A DNA stretch of 63,639 nt, counting the filler. It is 6 parts of 6 records of this genome, joined end to end, with 100 filler letters (N's around TTAATTAATTAA, not from the genome) between each part and the next. Parts side by side here need not be neighbours in the genome. Positions count along the whole stretch, not along the records: positions 38,319 to 49,294 come from SRR31156797_9400; positions 49,395 to 63,639 come from SRR31156797_9403; 4 more parts are not named here. One strand, written 5' to 3'. The notes under the pieces are model-generated. The model was not told the DNA's origin. It searched no databases and saw nothing but the letters and a program-made list of their open reading frames with translations. Of this stretch, positions 39,351-49,907 are shown piece after piece. Numbering within the stretch: position 1 is the first letter of the stretch; the number at the start of each line of letters is the position of its first letter. The position numbers and the translations under genes were made by a program.

Positions 39351-39394
39351 AATGAGTTTATCCTTTTCCTGTTTTCAAGTAAGCATATTTTCCA

Positions 39395-40201
39395 TTAAAA
39401 TGGTTCTTCAATATTTAAGTATTTCCTGTAAAGTTTTCTGTAATTATCGATACCGATTATCTTTTTCAACAGATTCTTACTTCCTTTAATAAGTTTTCCC
39501 TTGGAGATTTCGTATCGATCGCATTCAACAAGCTTTGAAAACCGATCAGAAGGCATATTTGATGTCATAGTAATTCTCCCAACCACTAAAGGCTCTTCCA
39601 CTGAACGGGTATCATACAAGGATTTCAAATCTGAACAGCATACGACCTTATACCCTGCCTTGCCGGCCATCTTTACAATGCTCTTGTCATAGCTGCCATG
39701 AGGAAAGCTGAATGCGATCACTTTTCGATTGAGCCTTTTCTCGATCTCTTGTTTTGACCCCATAAAAGCATCGACTATTTCTGAAGATTTCAACATTTGA
39801 AGAGGGTGATGGGTCATAGCGTGGGATTGAATAGACATTCCTTCCTTAGCCAGTTTTTCAACTTCATCCCAGTTCATATACCCCTTTGATCCGATGTATT
39901 CAATAGTTATAAAAAAAGTCGCTTTAAAACCGTATTTCCTTAAAATGGGAAGGGCGTATAAGTAATTACCGACCCATCCATCATCAAATGTTATCACCAC
40001 ATATTTAACATCATCTGAGACATTAGGTATATCTTCGAAAGTTATACTTTTATAACCATTCTCAGAGAGGGTTCTAAGCTGTTCATCGAACTTTTGCTTG
40101 GGCATAAAATAGGAGGGGGTCATTGAAAAAGTCGCATTCCTGGAAATATACTCACCTTCCAATTCATGATACATGAGGACCGGAATTATTTTATTTTTCA
40201 T
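39395..40201 (-). CDS. Polysaccharide deacetylase (CE4/IcaB-like)
   Basis: PVLMYH, ITFDDG, ATFF, IQSHAMTH and FSFPHG. Confidence 0.9.
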   Translation of the reverse strand: MKNKIIPVLMYHELEGEYISRNATFSMTPSYFMPKQKFDEQLRTLSENGYKSITFEDIPNVSDDVKYVVITFDDGWVGNYLYALPILRKYGFKATFFITIEYIGSKGYMNWDEVEKLAKEGMSIQSHAMTHHPLQMLKSSEIVDAFMGSKQEIEKRLNRKVIAFSFPHGSYDKSIVKMAGKAGYKVVCCSDLKSLYDTRSVEEPLVVGRITMTSNMPSDRFSKLVECDRYEISKGKLIKGSKNLLKKIIGIDNYRKLYRKYLNIEEPF

Positions 40202-40202
40202 A

Positions 40203-40748
40203 CTATCTCGCTTGAGTTTTTTTTCTCATTTTGATAACTTTAGCAGGATTTCCAACCGCTATTCCGTAATCTGGTATATCTTTGGTGACAACGGCACCGG
40301 CGCCTATAATTGCATGGTGACCGATGCTCACTCCTGGCAATACAATAATACGATGACCAAACCACACATGGTTGCCGACCGTTATGTCCTTTATCTCATA
40401 TCCATCATAGCCTTCTTCATTATATTTATGGTTCTGTGTGATAAACATACAATCGCGTCCCATAGAAACATGTTCACCAAAAGATAGATTTCCCGAACCC
40501 GTCAGAGAAAAATAAGGCCCGATATTGGTATGTTCACTAATTTTTAAACAGCACCCGTTTCCAAAATCGGCTTTAGATCCGATACTAAAAGTACTTGCCG
40601 ATTTTTGCAGCAATGGGCCACATAATATTTTTCGCAACCATGTTGAAAATACACCAATATACCCCAGACCAGAGGGTAGATGAGCGGCTACCAGTTTGTA
40701 CATCAGATAACAAATGATTTTTTTCACTGTCCATGTTTGTCTGTTCAA
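40203..40748 (-). CDS. Hexapeptide-repeat O-acetyltransferase
   Basis: VGNHVWFG, VLPGVSIG and GAGAVVTKDIPDYGIAVGNPAKVI. Confidence 0.9.
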   Translation of the reverse strand: MNRQTWTVKKIICYLMYKLVAAHLPSGLGYIGVFSTWLRKILCGPLLQKSASTFSIGSKADFGNGCCLKISEHTNIGPYFSLTGSGNLSFGEHVSMGRDCMFITQNHKYNEEGYDGYEIKDITVGNHVWFGHRIIVLPGVSIGHHAIIGAGAVVTKDIPDYGIAVGNPAKVIKMRKKTQAR

Positions 40749-40792
40749 AACGTTCCCCTGTAATCATGATTTCCATAGATGGATCTCCCGTA

Positions 40793-42085
40793 TTATTCTG
40801 CAAGCAGAAGCCCTCTATCTACTAACCCCCATAACAACCAGAAATAACTACCTACGACAAAATACGTAAAGCGATCGCCAAACATATTAGTTGCCATACA
40901 GGCTAATACCGTACCCATGAAGCAAAAGCCTAATCCTTTTTGAAATTGGCTGTTGCCGATTCTGTATAATTTCAAGCCGCTGAAAAAAGCCTTAAAAAAT
41001 ATTATACCCAATAATAATAAACCAATTATCCCCCGATCACATAGGACTTTAATATAGTAATTATGAGTATCATGTAAACCGTGAATTCTATCTTCAGGTG
41101 GGACACTAAGGCCAAAACTTTCCCATCCGGACCCGAACAGCGGACTTTTGGATATAATATTACCAGCTTGGTCCCAAATTAGAAATCTTTGACCTGCAGA
41201 ACCTTCAAGTTCACCACTTTCTGTTTTGGTACCGCTAATTCGATCGACAACAGATTCAGGCAATAGAACTTTCCAACCGATTATGATTACAAAAAGTCCG
41301 ATCAATAATATTGGTTTTTTAATTAGACCATAGAATACAAGGACTAACGCAATCGCTAAATAGGCTCCCCTTGAATAGGAAAAAAAGAGCGGATGTAAAC
41401 ATATACAAAATGTTGCTATGTATAATGCATATTTTTTTTTGTCCTGCTCAAAAAACGACATTCCTAAAAACGCAGCTTGCAAATGCGCTATAAAAGCACC
41501 GTAATGCGTTGCCCCAAGACCAACAAATTCGAAGGGGCCGCCCACTCTTTTTTCATAAGTGAAAGAGCTCCCACCTGAAAAATTCCTGTAATTTCTTAAC
41601 GCAATAAAGAATAGGATTGAAGACATGATAATAAAAACTTGTTTTTGTTGATCCTCATCAGTGACAATAGCTATTGTAAGAAAATAAATAATTATCATTT
41701 GAGCATAATTTTTCCATTCCATTAATTGCCAACTACTTGTTGTTGCAGGCATCGGCAAATGAAAGAACAGGCTGCTTACCCATAACGAAAAGTAAGAATT
41801 TATGAGAAATATAACAATGATAATCGTGTTTGATGTTTTGGGAATTTTCCGTCTTTGAATAAAGACGCCCAAAAAAACTGAAAAAAAAAGGATATCCATG
41901 AAATCCTTACCCAAGGGCAATTCATGAAACTTATACCATATATTGGGCTGAGGAATTAATGCAATATATATAATAAACCCCCACCATGCATTTTTAAAAA
42001 GAGAATATATTGCAACAACAAAACCACCGAAGTATATGGTCGGGAACAAAATGGCACGAAGCATTTTTTTTATGGCGGTAATCAT
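40793..42085 (-). CDS. O-antigen ligase/Wzy-like polymerase
   Basis: Multi-TM protein with SYSRGAY, SAGQRFLIW, PLFGSG and HNYY. Start uncertain (42103, 42085 or 42064). Confidence 0.85.
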   Translation of the reverse strand: MITAIKKMLRAILFPTIYFGGFVVAIYSLFKNAWWGFIIYIALIPQPNIWYKFHELPLGKDFMDILFFSVFLGVFIQRRKIPKTSNTIIIVIFLINSYFSLWVSSLFFHLPMPATTSSWQLMEWKNYAQMIIIYFLTIAIVTDEDQQKQVFIIMSSILFFIALRNYRNFSGGSSFTYEKRVGGPFEFVGLGATHYGAFIAHLQAAFLGMSFFEQDKKKYALYIATFCICLHPLFFSYSRGAYLAIALVLVFYGLIKKPILLIGLFVIIIGWKVLLPESVVDRISGTKTESGELEGSAGQRFLIWDQAGNIISKSPLFGSGWESFGLSVPPEDRIHGLHDTHNYYIKVLCDRGIIGLLLLGIIFFKAFFSGLKLYRIGNSQFQKGLGFCFMGTVLACMATNMFGDRFTYFVVGSYFWLLWGLVDRGLLLAE

Positions 42086-42209
42086 AAACTCATATCCAAG
42101 CATGCAAGGAAATCATAACGTTGAGTGAAGGAAGCTCCCAAAGAACAGGATTTTATTTATCCCAAGAGATATCATGATATCTGGAGGCGTATAGATGGCG
42201 AACCAGCGA

Positions 42210-43691
42210 TTAATCCAAATAGTCCGGATTATGTAATCCGGCTATTTTTGTTTTAAGAAACAACATTATCTCTTTTTCCTTAAATAGTATCCCCGGAATT
42301 ACAATAACGATTCCGGTCATAATTTTCACTATTACATTAGCAGGGAGGCCGATCATATGGATCTGGTTCACTGCAGCAAACATCATTAAGGATAAGCATA
42401 TATAGTATGCGACATGCTTAACGCTCACCCTGATCGCAATATACTTGAAGGATAACGATATGGTTAAGACGGAACTTAGCACACATGATATCAATGTTGC
42501 CATAGCAGCACCCATAATACTAAACCTTGGAAGTAGAATAACATTTAATACTATATTCACAACAACAGAGATTAGCATGATACTGAAAATCGTTGTAGAT
42601 TTCCTTTTGATATAAAGTCCTGCATTAAAAAAGTTATTCATTTCCAATAGAAATGTGCCTAATAGTATGATTGGAGAAAATGATGCAGCCGTTTCATATT
42701 TAGTTGAGGCTAACAACACAAAAAGATCCTCCACAATAGCAAAATATCCGAAGCATATTGGAATAACAGCAACGATAAGATAGTGAAACACCTTTTTTAA
42801 GAACTCTTCTGTTTTCTCTTTCCCTTCAGTTTCATACACTTCGACATAAACAGGGATCACGGCATATGCCAAAGAGAATGTCAAAATATTGGTTAAGTAC
42901 ATTGGGAGGTTATAGCCTACCGAGTATATACCAAGAACACCTTCCCCATACCAAGCAACAAGCATATAACGATCAGCATATGATAAAAGGAGATAGGCCA
43001 TTTCTGTCATCAAAAGAGGCGCTCCAAATTTTATCAAATTGACTGTAAGATCGACAGATTGTTTTTTCAAATCGATTCTATAATTCAAAAAAAACCAATA
43101 GAACAGTACACTTGCAATCAGATACTCAACGACAATCACTCCGATAAAATAACCGGAAATAGTTTTTATAAGATATACAAATATAGACAAGGAAAGAATT
43201 ATTGTAATTATCTTTGAAACCAGCCCTAACACGTTGAGGAATAAAGTCTTATCATTGACCCGCAGCATAGTTAACACTATAATATTCAAGGGTCGAACAA
43301 AAAGATAAGCCGCCATAATTATAAAACATTTTTTAAACTTCTCATCAATTCCCATATAATTGCTAAGGAATGGAAAGATAGCGAGATACAGGATGGTTAC
43401 GACAACGGCTATTAGGCATCCCCTGAAAATTACTGTGGAGGCAAATACAGTCTTTTGTTCTTCACTGTTCCGGTATTGTTGATAAAATCTTATTATTCCA
43501 TTAGACAAGCCAGCCTTCGAAAGCACCACAAAGAAGCTCATTGTTGCCGTAACTATTCCCAAGATTCCATATTGTTCGGTAGAAAGGATTCGGGTGAGTA
43601 TAGGAAATGTAATAAGACCGAGTAGGAGAGAAAGCGAACCTCCCGTTACAAAATGGCTAAACTGGGTGTAAAATTTTTTAAAAAAGGACAT
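42210..43691 (-). CDS. wzx: Wzx-type oligosaccharide flippase
   Basis: PILTRILSTEQYG, ADRYML, LGIYSVG and NVILLPRFSIMGAAMAT; about 12-14 TM segments. Confidence 0.88.
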   Translation of the reverse strand: MSFFKKFYTQFSHFVTGGSLSLLLGLITFPILTRILSTEQYGILGIVTATMSFFVVLSKAGLSNGIIRFYQQYRNSEEQKTVFASTVIFRGCLIAVVVTILYLAIFPFLSNYMGIDEKFKKCFIIMAAYLFVRPLNIIVLTMLRVNDKTLFLNVLGLVSKIITIILSLSIFVYLIKTISGYFIGVIVVEYLIASVLFYWFFLNYRIDLKKQSVDLTVNLIKFGAPLLMTEMAYLLLSYADRYMLVAWYGEGVLGIYSVGYNLPMYLTNILTFSLAYAVIPVYVEVYETEGKEKTEEFLKKVFHYLIVAVIPICFGYFAIVEDLFVLLASTKYETAASFSPIILLGTFLLEMNNFFNAGLYIKRKSTTIFSIMLISVVVNIVLNVILLPRFSIMGAAMATLISCVLSSVLTISLSFKYIAIRVSVKHVAYYICLSLMMFAAVNQIHMIGLPANVIVKIMTGIVIVIPGILFKEKEIMLFLKTKIAGLHNPDYLD

Positions 43692-43937
43692 TTAAATGTA
43701 TCCTGCCGGTCTCAAGATCTGATAGAGGTTGATGCGTAGAATTGTTCGCAAGAAGATGCAAAAACAGGTCATACACTACAATAAATTTTCAGAATATAAA
43801 TCAGTTGCGAATTCAAAAGAGTCTTCATTCAGTGTTTTTTTTACGTGATTACCGTCAGGGGCTTTGGAATGAAGATCAGATAGTTGCTTTAGCCCCTTTT
43901 GTATAAACTTATTCGCAAACATTACAAAAAAAGAAAA

Positions 43938-44723
43938 TCACATTATTTTTTTCCCTTTTTTCTTAAATTTTTTCATATCTTTTTTACCAGGAAATGAAAA
44001 ATAGCTGCCGGCACCTTGCATTTTTCGGTAACGAACCCTGTTTTTCCTAAAATCCTCAATAACATTCATGGCCATCCAGGCATTTTTCTTTTTTGTTTTA
44101 AGAATCAACTCATTTAGTGTTTCGGTGGGATGAATCGGCATAAAACACTGCGTTATAATATCTCCGGTATCGATACCCGTTTCAATTCTGTGAACAGTAA
44201 TGCCGGACTCGATTTCATCATGATACAGCTGCCAAAAATTTGGCAGCATTCCACGATAATTGGGCAGTGGGGCATTATGAATATTAATGCATTCCATCTG
44301 GGGTGTATTAATCAATTGTTCTTTAAAAATAATTGGGGATGCCACTGAAATAAACAGGTCTGCCTCATATTTATCTATTAATTCAATAAAAGATTTGCTA
44401 TTAAGATCGTTTCTCTCTATGACCTCTACACCATATAAAGTAGCCGTTTGTTTTACGGAATACGTTTTTCCAGAATTACCTTTGGCAACTTTCTTTTTAC
44501 TCATAATTTCGTAAAAAACGTATCTAAACCCCACCCGAATAAAATCAACAAAACCATAAAATGCGTACATTTGGTACGCGAGTGCAACTAAAGATTTTTT
44601 CCCCATGGGGCGAGAAATCACCACCGCCTTGATTTCATCCGTAGATTTGTAATTTTTAAAAAATTCGTCAAAAAACACCTTTACATAAAATGGATCTTCC
44701 TGCGTAAAAAAAATGATCTTCAT
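43938..44723 (-). CDS. Formyltransferase family protein
   Basis: INIHNAPLPNYRG and GITVHRIETGIDTGDII (N/H/D triad). Confidence 0.88.
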   Translation of the reverse strand: MKIIFFTQEDPFYVKVFFDEFFKNYKSTDEIKAVVISRPMGKKSLVALAYQMYAFYGFVDFIRVGFRYVFYEIMSKKKVAKGNSGKTYSVKQTATLYGVEVIERNDLNSKSFIELIDKYEADLFISVASPIIFKEQLINTPQMECINIHNAPLPNYRGMLPNFWQLYHDEIESGITVHRIETGIDTGDIITQCFMPIHPTETLNELILKTKKKNAWMAMNVIEDFRKNRVRYRKMQGAGSYFSFPGKKDMKKFKKKGKKIM

Positions 44724-44801
44724 TGGGTATTTTCCTCAGCATCATTTCAAAATGCACAAAAAGCGTTTAACTTTTTTGTTAGTTACTTATCAATCCGCAC
44801 A

Positions 44802-45953
44802 CTATCGTTTCGTCTGCCAAGTAACTATATTTTCTTTTCGTATCACCTTAACCATGCTAATCAGAGAAGCTAAGTTGAGAGTACAAAAATATAAAGGCAA
44901 ATAAAAAATCATTTTGTTGATACCCTTTTTTTCATAATATAAACCGATTAAGGCATGCCCATAAAACATAAGCTGACAAAAAAACATAACACAGTAAAAA
45001 AGAGACTCTTGTATAAGAACAGCATTTAGGGCAAATACGATAATTGCAAAAACGGGCACTAACCATCTTAACAGTTTATGTGAAATCAGCTGGAAGGCTA
45101 CAAAAGGGTACTTTATAGGATTAAATAACTCTGGCACAAACAACATGCCATTCATGCCTCTTACAATTACCCGGATTCGCATCTTAAATTCATCTTTTGT
45201 ATCTCCGGCGGTCTCTTCGACAGCAAGTGCATCTGGTTCAAACACAATCCGGTAACCTTTTCGGAGTATTGTCAAAGGTTCAACCAGATCACTTATAATT
45301 TCAGGAGGAAGCTCCGTATATAGCTCTTTACGCAGAGAATAAATACATCCACAGCACCCGGTTATAGTTTTGATTTTTGTCTGCCTGCTTTTTATAAAAT
45401 TTTCCAGTTTCCAAAAAAGGATAGTGGCTAAACCGGTGGAGCTATTGTCATTATGAACATAATGATACATACCACTTACAGCTCCAACCTTTGGATCAGC
45501 ATAGTTCTTGACCAACGCCCGAATGGCCGAAGGCGTATACAGGGATGCTGCATCGGAAAATATTATGATATTCCCTTTACATATTTTAACAGCACTGTTT
45601 TGTGCGGCTGTTTTTCCAAGGCGCCCTTCAACACGATGCAGAACGACTCGAATCCTATCTTCATTATTTACATATTTTTTTACAATTTCATCGGTTGCAT
45701 CGGTAGAACCATCAGACGCAACAACTATTTCAAGCTTATCTTTCGGATAATCCAACGTGAAACAGTTTTTGAGTTTTTCTTCAATATCTTTTTCTTCATT
45801 GTACGCAGTGATCAGAAGAGAAACGGGAGGCTCAATATCAGCGCAATAAACACGATTTTTACTGAACAATGAAAGTAAAACAATAATCAGTGGATAACCG
45901 GCATAGGCATATACAATCATAACTATTGACAACCATAACAACATTTCAATCAT
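44802..45953 (-). CDS. GT2 glycosyltransferase (membrane-anchored)
   Basis: LITAYNEE, ASDGSTD, GKTAAQN, FSDA and RIRVIVRG; start estimated at the Met overlapping the upstream stop. Confidence 0.9.
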   Translation of the reverse strand: MIEMLLWLSIVMIVYAYAGYPLIIVLLSLFSKNRVYCADIEPPVSLLITAYNEEKDIEEKLKNCFTLDYPKDKLEIVVASDGSTDATDEIVKKYVNNEDRIRVVLHRVEGRLGKTAAQNSAVKICKGNIIIFSDAASLYTPSAIRALVKNYADPKVGAVSGMYHYVHNDNSSTGLATILFWKLENFIKSRQTKIKTITGCCGCIYSLRKELYTELPPEIISDLVEPLTILRKGYRIVFEPDALAVEETAGDTKDEFKMRIRVIVRGMNGMLFVPELFNPIKYPFVAFQLISHKLLRWLVPVFAIIVFALNAVLIQESLFYCVMFFCQLMFYGHALIGLYYEKKGINKMIFYLPLYFCTLNLASLISMVKVIRKENIVTWQTKR

Positions 45954-47070
45954 ACGACATCTTTTCCTCATTCATTAGTTCTCGATAAACTTTTATATAT
46001 TCTTCAGCCATTCTGGATGAAGAATATTTGTTTTTCACCTCTTCGTATCCGAAGAGGCCCATCATCTTAGCATTATCAATATTTTTCAATAAAGATAATA
46101 AGGCTTGCTTTAATTCGGATGAACTGCCTGGCGATACGAGCAAGCCAGACTCCTTATCTTTGACAACAGCTGGGATTTGACCCACTTTTGTAGATACAAC
46201 AGGCAAACCAGCAGCCATTGCTTCAAGCAATACCATCGGCAATCCTTCAGTTAACGAAGGTAGTACGAACATATCCATAGAGAGATACAATTCCGCGACA
46301 TCTTTGCGTAAGCCGGCAAAAATAATATGAGATGATCTGTATTCTTTTTCAAATTTTTCCTTTAAGTCCCCATCGCCGACAATCAAAAAATATGTATTTG
46401 GATATTGATTGATAATGTCAGATGCTACGGCTAACAAATATTGAAGACCTTTTTCTTTTGAGATACGGCCGACACTCCCAATAATAACGGCATCGGACCC
46501 AAGCCCAAAACTGTTTTTTAGATTCGATTTGGATTTGTTTTCTTTTAGGGGACGGACATTTATACCATTATTGATTTTTTTAATTTTTGCATTATTAATT
46601 CCCGCTTTTGCAATTTTGAACAAAACATCATCTGAAACCCCCACAATGTAATTGAATTTACGAAGAAACATTTTATCTAAAGAAGAATACACCCTCATTT
46701 TAAGACTGTTGCCGACCCAATTATGACAAGTAGCAACCCGCTTAACTGGAAGCCCGACAGTTGCGAAAAAGATATAAATATTGGACTTGTAACCATGACT
46801 GTGAACGATGTCAATCTTATTTGATATTATGTATTTTCGTATTGTTTTTATGGTGTTAAAATCAAACTTTTTCCGACTTTCAAACTTGGCCGTTTTGATT
46901 CCTCTTCCAGCGCAGGCTTCTAATACTTCTCTGTGAGGAGTGGCCACATTTTCTATGACACCTACAACGGGTGTACAGTTTGCATGTTTATACAATTCCG
47001 CGACGAGCTGAACCAAAACATTTTCAGCACCAAAGAATCCTTTGCTGCTTATTAATTGAAAAATTTTCAT
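45946..47070 (-). CDS. GT4 glycosyltransferase
   Basis: GAENV, VHSHGYK, VGRISKEKG and EGLPMVLLEAMAAG (Ex7E). Confidence 0.92.
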   Translation of the reverse strand: MKIFQLISSKGFFGAENVLVQLVAELYKHANCTPVVGVIENVATPHREVLEACAGRGIKTAKFESRKKFDFNTIKTIRKYIISNKIDIVHSHGYKSNIYIFFATVGLPVKRVATCHNWVGNSLKMRVYSSLDKMFLRKFNYIVGVSDDVLFKIAKAGINNAKIKKINNGINVRPLKENKSKSNLKNSFGLGSDAVIIGSVGRISKEKGLQYLLAVASDIINQYPNTYFLIVGDGDLKEKFEKEYRSSHIIFAGLRKDVAELYLSMDMFVLPSLTEGLPMVLLEAMAAGLPVVSTKVGQIPAVVKDKESGLLVSPGSSSELKQALLSLLKNIDNAKMMGLFGYEEVKNKYSSSRMAEEYIKVYRELMNEEKMSYD

Positions 47071-47263
47071 ACAATGTACACTCCGCACTTCAAATTCAAC
47101 GAGTAGTATTTTTCATCGAAACAACATCAATACATAAGAATGGGAAATGACAAGTCTATAGGGATCGTCTTCAGACGATTTGAAGCTTCATACAGGGAAC
47201 GGAAAATAAAAAGCAATCTGTCGTAAGCCTCCTTGACTGAACTCCGGAAGCAGCCGAATTTAA

Positions 47264-48286
47264 TTACATAACCTTATCTATTGCGGATGTGGAAACATTC
47301 ATATGTTCCAAGAACGATCTCATCTTGACAAGATCAATTTCTTGATTTATCTGTTCGACCTTTTTGATAGCCTCCTCGCGATCCATCTTACCGCTTCTTA
47401 CCATATTGCTGAAGCCCAATTCGATTTTACTAACGCCATATTCCTTCATAGTCAAATAATTAACAATAGGAACCAACTTACAATCTGTTCGCCATGTGGT
47501 AGCAGTCTTCTTTGGAACCGACCATCCCATTTCCCCTTGAATTGTATCATCAATTAGTTTTGGATCCCACAGAATATAATCATACAGATGAATTTCTTTG
47601 AGTCCATCTGGTGAATCCGAACCATACTCATCTTTCAACTTCTTAAAGTAATACTTATATTTCAAATAATTTAACACTGACGGCTTAAACAATCTTTGCA
47701 TCCTCGAAGGGGTCACATGCCCCACCAACTTGTGATACGGCGCTGTTGATTCATATACAGAGTCACCCCAAAAAATAACTTTTATGCCTTTTTCTCGTGC
47801 AATGTTGTATGTTGCAGATTCAAAACCATACTTGCAAGCCTCACAGGTTTGAAATACAACAAGACCAGTACTAAAAGGAGCATTCATTTTGAATTTTTCA
47901 GCTACAATTTTTCTATGTAAATTTGTTTTTGAAGCAACTCGAATCAAAGGCACCTTTGTATTTTTTGTTATTGCTTCAAGATTTTTAGTTGCCACTTCTG
48001 TTTCGAAATCGTTATCGCTATGAATGGCAATAGGTTTTAAACCAAGTACCTTTTTAACGTAATACAATGCATATGAACTGTCTCGACCGCCACTAACCGG
48101 AACAATACAGTTGTATTCAGCATTTTTATCCACAGCTCCTCTCAATTCATTTTTTAACGCGTCCTCTCCTTTCAGTGTGTTTTTCTTATAGTCTCTGCAC
48201 AAATCACACAAACCATTGTCATCAAAAGATATTCCTTTCGCAGTTTCTGGCATTATACATTTTGAACAACGATTCATAGTACTCAC
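47264..48286 (-). CDS. N-acetyl-sugar amidotransferase-like PP-loop ATPase (WbuX/WbpG-like)
   Basis: CSKC...CDLC N-terminus, VPVSGGRDSSY PP-loop and VRSGKMDREEA C-terminus. Confidence 0.8.
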   Translation of the reverse strand: MSTMNRCSKCIMPETAKGISFDDNGLCDLCRDYKKNTLKGEDALKNELRGAVDKNAEYNCIVPVSGGRDSSYALYYVKKVLGLKPIAIHSDNDFETEVATKNLEAITKNTKVPLIRVASKTNLHRKIVAEKFKMNAPFSTGLVVFQTCEACKYGFESATYNIAREKGIKVIFWGDSVYESTAPYHKLVGHVTPSRMQRLFKPSVLNYLKYKYYFKKLKDEYGSDSPDGLKEIHLYDYILWDPKLIDDTIQGEMGWSVPKKTATTWRTDCKLVPIVNYLTMKEYGVSKIELGFSNMVRSGKMDREEAIKKVEQINQEIDLVKMRSFLEHMNVSTSAIDKVM

Positions 48287-48954
48287 CTTTGAATTTGATT
48301 ATAATATTCATGCCCATCAAGTTTTAAACATTTGTAAAGCCAGCAAATAGCTTTAAGTTCCAATGGTTTCGATCACTATATGGATTTTTTAGCTGTGGGG
48401 CTTCGTAATTGTTACAGCTCAAACCTTTAAGAAAATTTATGTAGCATTTGTAACTGCTTTCCAATTTGTCCAGAATTAGATTTCTCAAGTTCTGGGGGAT
48501 ACCCTTTTCCTGGCCCCGTCAAAGCCGAAATAATCAGTTTCAAAAGCGACCTTGACGGGAACCGAAAAAAAATACCGGATTCGATTGATCCACAAAACGG
48601 ATTTGAGGCGAACTGGAAGGCTGATCATTCGTCTCTTACGCCCTCTAATCGACAATACTTTATTACAGCAGCAGGGAAGCGGCTTATGCAATTTTTTTAT
48701 TCATGCGTTATAATTATCCCTTCAGGTTGATTTTGAGCTTGCCATTAATCTGTTGGTCCTATCCATTGGCATATTCTCAAGATTGGCCCCATTGCAGAAC
48801 CGTTCAAGGGATTATGCTGTTCTTGGGGTGACTGTGGATTATTTAGGACAGCCGAAAACAATCCGGTCTCAGCAACTTGTTTAGATAGTTGTGAGGGGTT
48901 TTGCATCCCCCCCCACAGATCGATTTCATCCAAGTTCTCCGCTAATAACTTCTT

Positions 48955-49293
48955 TTAAGAGAGACATAAACTATCTCCTTTATGTCCGAGTGATAAACAA
49001 TTGTGATCTCCACTATCGCCGAGATTATCAAACACAATAAATGGACAGAAAATGTTATCACTTGTTATGGGAACAATTCCATTAGGCCCATATGATTTTA
49101 ACTTAAGGTCCAATGATATTTTACTAAATAAATTTGATTTATTCCCAGGCGGATCTGAAGATAAAGTTACACCGTTTGAAAGATTTGAATTTGTAATAGC
49201 CTCTTTGTTAAAAATTGAGGCTCCTTCATGATTTGGATTCGAATCATCTACACTACAATAGAAAGAACGCGCTGTGTTGACAAAGATATCATT
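48955..49293 (-). CDS. 5'-truncated hypothetical protein
   Basis: Open frame from the contig edge (NDIFVNTARSFYCSVDD…GHKGDSLCLS*) to TAA 48957-48955; no recognisable motif. Confidence 0.35.
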   Translation of the reverse strand, partial: NDIFVNTARSFYCSVDDSNPNHEGASIFNKEAITNSNLSNGVTLSSDPPGNKSNLFSKISLDLKLKSYGPNGIVPITSDNIFCPFIVFDNLGDSGDHNCLSLGHKGDSLCLS

Positions 49294-49294
49294 T

Positions 49295-49394
49295 NNNNNN
49301 NNNNNNNNNNNNNNNNNNNNNNNNNNNNNNNNNNNNNNTTAATTAATTAANNNNNNNNNNNNNNNNNNNNNNNNNNNNNNNNNNNNNNNNNNNN
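49295..49394. other. Artificial contig spacer
   Basis: N44-TTAATTAATTAA-N44. Confidence 0.99.
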
Positions 49395-49421
49395 CGATTC
49401 ATCTATTTTTAAACAGGCTCT
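49395..49421. mobile_element. Possible IS terminus at contig edge (IS5-family-like)
   Basis: TTTAAACAGGCTCT (reverse complement AGAGCCTGTTTAAA) resembles IS5-family terminal repeats and lies at an assembly break. No transposase is visible. Confidence 0.3.
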
Positions 49422-49535
49422 TAAAATAAGGTTTTCCACCCAACAAACACAGGTATTTACTGGATCATCTATATTGAATCAAAAAAACAGCGTTACAGGG
49501 CAATTCAGCCTCAAAAATCAATTTGGGCAATTAAA

Positions 49536-49907
49536 TTATACACTTCCATCAAAAATAAGTCCCGTCAGCTCCGCCATTTTTTCCTTTATCGTCACCAGTT
49601 CCTCGGCGGGAATTTGTTTTATAAGCTCATGTGTCTTCCTATTTTTGATCTCCACTATCACCTGATGATTCAATTCTTCATGCATGAAAAAACCCAGATC
49701 GGTTTGAAGATCATCCATATATTCATTCAGGGTATCTGCAAGTTCTTTTATCTCTTCGGCAGAAAAGGAGTCTTCCTTTTTTTGTTCGGTTGCCTGGGAC
49801 CGATCCGGTGCCATATTTTCGCTTTTATTGGCAGATTCTGTTTCAATGGGGCCGACCCCTGATATTTCAGCCGCCTCGGTGGCTGGGGAAACGGTCTTTA
49901 TATTCAT
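49536..49907 (-). CDS. flaG: Flagellar protein FlaG
   Basis: LGFFMHEE…VIVEIKNRKTHELIKQIPAEE…LTGLIFD signature. Confidence 0.9.
   Translation of the reverse strand: MNIKTVSPATEAAEISGVGPIETESANKSENMAPDRSQATEQKKEDSFSAEEIKELADTLNEYMDDLQTDLGFFMHEELNHQVIVEIKNRKTHELIKQIPAEELVTIKEKMAELTGLIFDGSV

Noticed and set aside
42104-47263. Long intergenic gaps in the polysaccharide cluster as integron attC sites
   Set aside because: I found no RYYYAAC…GTTRRRY paired boxes, no shared sequence among the gaps and no integrase.
9349-49394. Five identical TTAATTAATTAA-containing N blocks as a biological repeat, and cross-block gene associations (e.g. archaeal cobN next to a bacterial pilus cluster as HGT)
   Set aside because: These are fixed 100-nt artificial joins. 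Genes are truncated at them and composition changes abruptly, so the flanks are unrelated contigs.
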